Assembly: GCA_041653535.1 (NCBI GenBank)
Contig: JBAZFH010000003.1
Coordinates: forward strand, 66,771-130,770
Reading direction: 5' to 3'
Length of the DNA: 64,000 bases
DNA from: Patescibacteria group bacterium
Lineage (GTDB): Bacteria; Patescibacteriota; Patescibacteriia; JACRDY01
Position numbers and translations under genes: made by a program. This document shows, piece by piece, positions 58,889-64,000 of the stretch (position 1 is its first letter; each line of letters opens with the position of its first letter). The notes under the pieces were generated by a model. That model saw nothing but the letters and a program-made list of their open reading frames with translations, made no database searches and had not been told where the DNA came from.

Positions 58889-59395
58889 ATGATTAAATAT
58901 CAATTTTTCCCAAGGTCAATCGGAGTAAATAAGCAAGTAAAAAAAATTATTGATTGTTTTTTAGCCGTTAATGATAAAATTTGTTCACCAGAGCACACCC
59001 TTTCAAGCAACGAAGTATTGTCGATCCTAAAATTAAAACTAATTAAGGTCTCTATGCGGGTAGAGAAGGGAAAAACCACTGGGTTAAAAATTCCCGTCCC
59101 TGTTTTATTTGGACTTAATAATAAGATTGACCAGCATTTTGACGCCGACGCATTGAGTTCTGACGGAACGATCGTTTTAGAAGTGGAAGCGGGACGAGCG
59201 GTTGATAATTACCAATTTTTAAAAGATATATTTCAAGCCTCTATGATGTATGGTGTCGAATATTTGGTTTTAGCCGTAAGAAATAATTATCGTGGGCATG
59301 ATGATTTTAAAAAAATTTATACTTTTTTAGAAACACTTTATATTAGTAATAGGCTTCATCTTCCATTAAAAGGAGTTTTACTGGTTGGTTATTAG
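58889..59395 (+). CDS. Hypothetical protein, possible restriction-endonuclease-fold nuclease
   Basis: FDADA...VLEVEAGRA..N...KD resembles a PD-(D/E)xK variant core; likely start ATG 58889. Confidence 0.55.
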   Translation: MIKYQFFPRSIGVNKQVKKIIDCFLAVNDKICSPEHTLSSNEVLSILKLKLIKVSMRVEKGKTTGLKIPVPVLFGLNNKIDQHFDADALSSDGTIVLEVEAGRAVDNYQFLKDIFQASMMYGVEYLVLAVRNNYRGHDDFKKIYTFLETLYISNRLHLPLKGVLLVGY

Positions 59396-59426
59396 TTTTT
59401 ACAATATAATATTTAAGATAGGATAT

Positions 59427-60011
59427 ATGCCAGTAATTTGTATATTCGGCGATAGCACGGCTTGGGGCGCTTGGGATAAGGAGGATGGAGGGTGGGTAAA
59501 TAGATTGTGGTTGGAACAAGCTGCTAGCGGTGGAAAATCTTGTATTTACAATCTTAGTATATCCGGCGGAACAACGGAAACTATTTTGGAAAGATTTGAA
59601 CGGGAAGCAAAAATCAGGGAAGCGGATATACTTATATTCCAAACCGGTGGAAATGATGCGGCGTACGACAAAGATATTAAAGAGCACTTAGTTTCACCTG
59701 ATAAATTTGAAAAAAACATCCAAGAAATTATTGATTGTGCCAAAAAATTGGTAAAAAATATTGTCTTTGTTGGTTTTAACAATTGCGACGAATCTAAAAC
59801 AACCCCGGTTTCTTGGTGCAATTTATGTTACACTAACGATTTTACCCAAAAGTATAACGGTATAATAAAAAATTTGTGCGACAAAAATGCAGTTAATTTT
59901 ATCGATATTTTTGGTCTACTGCAAAATACTGATCTCGAAGATGGATTGCACCCCAACGCCGCTGGTCATAAAAAGATTTTTGCTGCAGTAAAAGATTCTT
60001 TAAAAAAATAA
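59427..60011 (+). CDS. SGNH/GDSL hydrolase
   Basis: FGDSTAWG, G.ND, DGLHPN..GH. Confidence 0.92.
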   Translation: MPVICIFGDSTAWGAWDKEDGGWVNRLWLEQAASGGKSCIYNLSISGGTTETILERFEREAKIREADILIFQTGGNDAAYDKDIKEHLVSPDKFEKNIQEIIDCAKKLVKNIVFVGFNNCDESKTTPVSWCNLCYTNDFTQKYNGIIKNLCDKNAVNFIDIFGLLQNTDLEDGLHPNAAGHKKIFAAVKDSLKK

Positions 60012-60020
60012 CGTCTTCCT

Positions 60021-60917
60021 ATGAAAAAAACGTTGATCATTTTGGTAGTAATTGTGATTATTTTAATTTTGACGGTGATTGGCGTTAGGATTTTTAGTGG
60101 CGAAGACAATTGGATCTGTGTTGACGGTCAGTGGCAAAAGCATGGTAATCCTAGCGCGGAAAAACCAACAACTGGTTGCGGTACGGAAAATATAAACGAA
60201 GATTTGTCGGATGCCGAGATTAAGGATGTTCAACTGTCAGATATTATTTCTAGTCCGTTAGAGTTTACCGGCCAAGCAAAAGGCAGTTGGTTTTTTGAAT
60301 CTAGTTTTCCAGTCAAAATTATAGATGATAAAGGACAGGAATTAGGCAGCGGTATAGCGACCGCGCAAGGGGATTGGATGACCGAAGATTTTGTTCCCTT
60401 TACTGCCAAAGTTGATTTTAAACATGGTCAAGCCACAAGTGGCTTTGTTGTTCTTAGCAAAGACAATCCCTCGGGACTAGCGGTAAATGACGCCTCAATG
60501 AAAATACCGGTTAATTTTAGCAATCAGGAAAAAATTATAGTTAAGGTTTATTTTGGCAATAATCAGTTTGATCCGCAAGTTTTATGTAATAAAGTTTTTG
60601 CTGTTAATAGGCAAGTGGTTAAAACCGTTGCTACGGCTAGAGTAGCTCTCGATCAACTGTTATCCGGACCAACGACAGAAGAGTTTAATATTGGTTATTT
60701 TACTTCTTTAAATCCTGGTGTTAAGATTCAAAAACTGGAAATTGCTAACGGCGTAGCTTCGGTCGATTTTGACAAAAGCCTAGAGCAAGGTGTCGGCGGA
60801 TCTTGTCGTGTCGCTGCTATCCGTGCTCAGATTACGGAAACGTTGATGCAGTTTCCGACGATTGATAAAGTGGTTATTTCTATTAACGGTCGTGTTGAAG
60901 ATATTTTGCAGCCATGA
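60021..60917 (+). CDS. Gmad2 Ig-like and GerMN domain protein
   Basis: TM, WIC..G.W.KHG.P, G.A.G.WFFE..FPV, GGSCRV.AI.AQI..TL.QF; ends at TGA. Confidence 0.85.
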   Translation: MKKTLIILVVIVIILILTVIGVRIFSGEDNWICVDGQWQKHGNPSAEKPTTGCGTENINEDLSDAEIKDVQLSDIISSPLEFTGQAKGSWFFESSFPVKIIDDKGQELGSGIATAQGDWMTEDFVPFTAKVDFKHGQATSGFVVLSKDNPSGLAVNDASMKIPVNFSNQEKIIVKVYFGNNQFDPQVLCNKVFAVNRQVVKTVATARVALDQLLSGPTTEEFNIGYFTSLNPGVKIQKLEIANGVASVDFDKSLEQGVGGSCRVAAIRAQITETLMQFPTIDKVVISINGRVEDILQP

Positions 60918-60963
60918 AATAAGGCCAGGAGTTTTGAAAAAGTTTAATTAATTAAATTTTTTT

Positions 60964-62760
60964 GTGCTATCATCTATTGATGAAATAAAATCCAAGGTTG
61001 ATATAGTTGATTTACTTTCTGAATACGTGAAACTAAAACAAGCGGGGGTTAATTGGAAGGCAAATTGTCCTTTTCATCATGAAAAAACCCCGTCTTTTAT
61101 GGTTTCGCGTGACAAACAAATTTGGCACTGTTTCGGTTGCGGCGAAGGCGGGGATATTTTTACTTTTGTTCAAAAAATAGAAGGACTGGATTTTTCCGAA
61201 GCTTTGAGTGTGTTAGCTAAAAAAGCCGGAGTGATTTTACAGCACGAAGATCCGTCAATAACTAATCAGCGCACGCGGCTAGTCGATATTAACGATTTGG
61301 CGGCAAGATATTATCATAAGGTTCTACTGGAGTCATCAATAGCGCAGTCTGCGCGTGATTATTTAGCTGCCCGCAGTGTTGATGCCGCTACTATTGATGA
61401 ATGGCAGTTAGGTTATGCTCCAGACAGTTGGGATCAGACTTCTAATTTTTTAAAAAAGAAAGGTTATACTGAGCAAGAAATATTTTTAGCCGGATTATCC
61501 GTACGTAAAGAAAAAGGAGCGGGTTTTTATGATCGTTTCCGCGGTCGTCTGACTTTTCCGATTCGTGACCATAATGGTCGAGTCGTCGGTTTTTCGGCGC
61601 GGACACTTGATCCTGACGCTAAAGAAGCAAAATATGTGAATACGCCGCAAACTCCAATTTTTAACAAAGGGCAACTTTTGTTTGGGTTAGATAAAGCCAA
61701 GCAAGAAATTCGTAAGCAAAAAGTAGCAGTGTTAGTCGAGGGAAATCTTGACGTAATCACTTCTCATCAATACGGAGTAAAAAATGTTATTGCTTCTTGT
61801 GGCACGGCGTTGACTATTGATCATACCAAATTAATCAAACGCTATACTGAAAACCTTTCTCTTTGTTTTGACCCAGATACTGCCGGACAGTTGGCAGCGG
61901 AACGCGGTATTGATATTGCTTTACTGGAAGGTATGAATGTTCGGGTTATTACTTTGCCAGACGGGGAAGATCCGGATAAGTTTATTAAAAATAATAATGC
62001 CGATGTTTGGCGCGCTCGTGTTACCGCTGCCGTACCGGTGATGGACTATTATTTTGACAAAAGTGTTGTGGGAGCTGATATTACTAGGTCGGAAATAAAA
62101 AAAGAGCTCGTGGCAAAATTATTGCCGGTAGTGGCTAAAATTTCCGACCAAGTTTCTCAAGCTCATTGGTTACAGCAGTTGGCTGAAAAATTGTCAATTC
62201 CGGAAAATATTTTGCGGGAGGCTTTGAGCGGTCTGATGCGTAAAATCGTTCCTAGTCGCGATAAAGCCGTGCCGGTTTTACATTCTCAGATGAGTCGCCA
62301 GGAAATGATGAGTGAGCAATTTTTTGCCCTGATGTTTAATTTTCCCGATTTAATGCCACTTGCCGTAGAACGGATAGCCCCTGATGCTTTATTTGGGGAT
62401 AAATCCAAAGACCTTTACACAAGTTTAATAATTTACTATAATAACAACCGCGATAGTTTGACTGGTAAAAACAACCAATTTATGGAAGGTTTTACCTCGT
62501 ATCTTGATAAGGGTCTTGCTGAATATCTAAACCAAATGACCTTATTAATTAGTAAGGATTCAGAAGATATAAATTTTGAACAAGCAAGGGGTGAGATAGT
62601 CAAAATTATAAAAGATCTAAAAAAAGAATATATTAATTCCGAGCTCCAAAAGTTGAGAGAACAAATCAAAATCGCTGAGAAAGCGGGGGATAGCAATGAA
62701 GTCAAAAAATTATCAGAACAATTTTCTTATTTCACTGATCAGCTTTATAATTTAAGTTAG
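60964..62760 (+). CDS. dnaG: DNA primase
   Basis: CPFHHEKTPSF, HCFGC, DRFRGR..FPI, KYVNTP, TOPRIM VEG..D and D.D.AG. Confidence 0.98.
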   Translation: MLSSIDEIKSKVDIVDLLSEYVKLKQAGVNWKANCPFHHEKTPSFMVSRDKQIWHCFGCGEGGDIFTFVQKIEGLDFSEALSVLAKKAGVILQHEDPSITNQRTRLVDINDLAARYYHKVLLESSIAQSARDYLAARSVDAATIDEWQLGYAPDSWDQTSNFLKKKGYTEQEIFLAGLSVRKEKGAGFYDRFRGRLTFPIRDHNGRVVGFSARTLDPDAKEAKYVNTPQTPIFNKGQLLFGLDKAKQEIRKQKVAVLVEGNLDVITSHQYGVKNVIASCGTALTIDHTKLIKRYTENLSLCFDPDTAGQLAAERGIDIALLEGMNVRVITLPDGEDPDKFIKNNNADVWRARVTAAVPVMDYYFDKSVVGADITRSEIKKELVAKLLPVVAKISDQVSQAHWLQQLAEKLSIPENILREALSGLMRKIVPSRDKAVPVLHSQMSRQEMMSEQFFALMFNFPDLMPLAVERIAPDALFGDKSKDLYTSLIIYYNNNRDSLTGKNNQFMEGFTSYLDKGLAEYLNQMTLLISKDSEDINFEQARGEIVKIIKDLKKEYINSELQKLREQIKIAEKAGDSNEVKKLSEQFSYFTDQLYNLS

Positions 62761-62851
62761 GTCAATTTTTTTTAATTTTGCCTAAAACAATAAAATTTTT
62801 TAAAGCAGCTGATCACCCTGTTTCTTTTAAAAAAAGGTAATTTTTTAAATT

Positions 62852-64000
62852 ATGGCATTAGCCAAAAAGAAAAACATTAAAAAACTTTCGTTTAAAAAGA
62901 AAGCGGATAGTAAAAAAGTTCATCATGGAAAAAGACGTGATTTGGGCGGTAAAAAATCTATTCATGCTTCCAATGAAACGATAGTGGAGCCAAGTGTCGA
63001 TGTTTTGCGCTCGCTTCTAGCCAAAGGCGCGGCGCGAAATTTTATTACCGAAACTGAGATTTTGCATTTTTTTCCGCAAGTCGAACATTATTTGGATAAA
63101 TATGAAGAGTTTTGGGACAAACTTGATCGAAAAGGAATACAAATAGTTGAGATAAAAGGTGGTCTTTTGGGACGGAGCAAAAGGGAAAATCGCGAAAAAG
63201 TTTTGGGCGAAGTAATGTCCGATGTTGACGAATCTCGAAGGATTGATCTTTCGGAAATTTCGGCAGATTCGATCCAAATGTATTTACGAGAAATCGGCAA
63301 AGTGCCGCTGCTTACTTCGGAAGAAGAGGTGGCATTAGCTAAAAGAAAAGAGAGAAACGACAAAGAAGCGGAAAAAAGATTAATTGAAGCCAATTTACGT
63401 TTAGTAGTTTCGATTGCCAAAAAATTTGTGGGCAAGAGTTTGTCGTTGGCAGATTTGATCCAAGAGGGTAATATTGGTCTTTTTCGGGCAGTAGAAAAAT
63501 TTGAATATCGTAAGGGCTATAAATTTTCTACTTATGCTACTTGGTGGATTCGTCAGGCTATTACCCGCGCACTAGCCGATCAGTCACGTACTATTCGTAT
63601 TCCTGTTCACATGGTGGAAACGATTAATAAATTTCAGCAGGTGGAGCGTCAGTTGATTCAAGACCTCGGTCGCGAGCCGTTACCAGAGGAAATCGCCGCA
63701 GAAATGGGTGAGGATCTTGACAAAGTTCGCCATATCATTAAAATATCGCAAGACACTATTTCGTTGGAAACGTCAGTTGGCGATGATGACGAAGATAGTA
63801 CGCTTGAGCAGTTTATCGAAGATGTCAAAAATATTACACCGGATCGTTCCGCTGCGTTGCAATTATTACGTGATTATGTAAAAGAAACCATTCGTGATTT
63901 GTCACCGCGTGAGCAAAAAATATTAGAAATGCGTTTCGGGCTAGTTGATGGCGTGTCGCATACTTTGGAAGAAGTCGGACAGGAATTTGACGTTACCCGT
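62852..64000 (+). CDS. rpoD: RNA polymerase primary sigma factor, 3'-truncated by the window edge
   Basis: Not in the ORF track because it has no stop in the window; reads [61 protein letters not shown]. Confidence 0.97.
   Translation, partial: MALAKKKNIKKLSFKKKADSKKVHHGKRRDLGGKKSIHASNETIVEPSVDVLRSLLAKGAARNFITETEILHFFPQVEHYLDKYEEFWDKLDRKGIQIVEIKGGLLGRSKRENREKVLGEVMSDVDESRRIDLSEISADSIQMYLREIGKVPLLTSEEEVALAKRKERNDKEAEKRLIEANLRLVVSIAKKFVGKSLSLADLIQEGNIGLFRAVEKFEYRKGYKFSTYATWWIRQAITRALADQSRTIRIPVHMVETINKFQQVERQLIQDLGREPLPEEIAAEMGEDLDKVRHIIKISQDTISLETSVGDDDEDSTLEQFIEDVKNITPDRSAALQLLRDYVKETIRDLSPREQKILEMRFGLVDGVSHTLEEVGQEFDVTR

Noticed and set aside
60021-60917. Possible TGA recoding (code 25, as in Gracilibacteria)
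   Set aside because: This gene ends at TGA after a natural-looking C-terminus, and all long genes are intact under code 11.

Overview
Chromosomal segment of a low-GC bacterium. It is most likely a Patescibacteria/CPR (Parcubacteria-like) genome, inferred from a short HrcA, mostly Shine-Dalgarno-less AT-rich starts, a type IV pilus cluster with no secretin gene, an ADP-forming acetate-CoA ligase and a Gmad2/GerMN protein. TGA is used as a stop codon (code 11). Core content: rplY, rpmE-prfA-prmC, a TetR-regulated MacAB-like ABC efflux operon, the CIRCE-controlled hrcA-grpE-hsp20-dnaK-ppa-DUF3467-dnaJ cluster, dnaX, tRNA-Gln(CTG), corA, a PfkB kinase, acetate-CoA ligase, murJ, lepA, recJ, RNase HI, a ~15 kb type IV pilus locus headed by a 1549-aa beta-helix protein, ligA, gatCA, tRNA-Ser(GGA), dnaG and a partial rpoD. 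No CRISPR array, integrase or transposase is visible. Unexplained structure: (1) about a dozen intergenic 7/8-mer tandem-repeat tracts with a different unit at each site and a fixed polarity relative to transcription; (2) solitary, mostly antisense, SD-led accessory genes with their own promoters and terminators, including an Rnl1-type RNA ligase; (3) a candidate minus-strand sRNA carrying an anti-SD stretch complementary to the major pilin RBS; (4) two 56-65 bp direct duplications flanking short palindromic inserts; (5) REP-like palindromes, one of them in frame inside dnaK. All family assignments come from motif recognition by eye; no searches were run.
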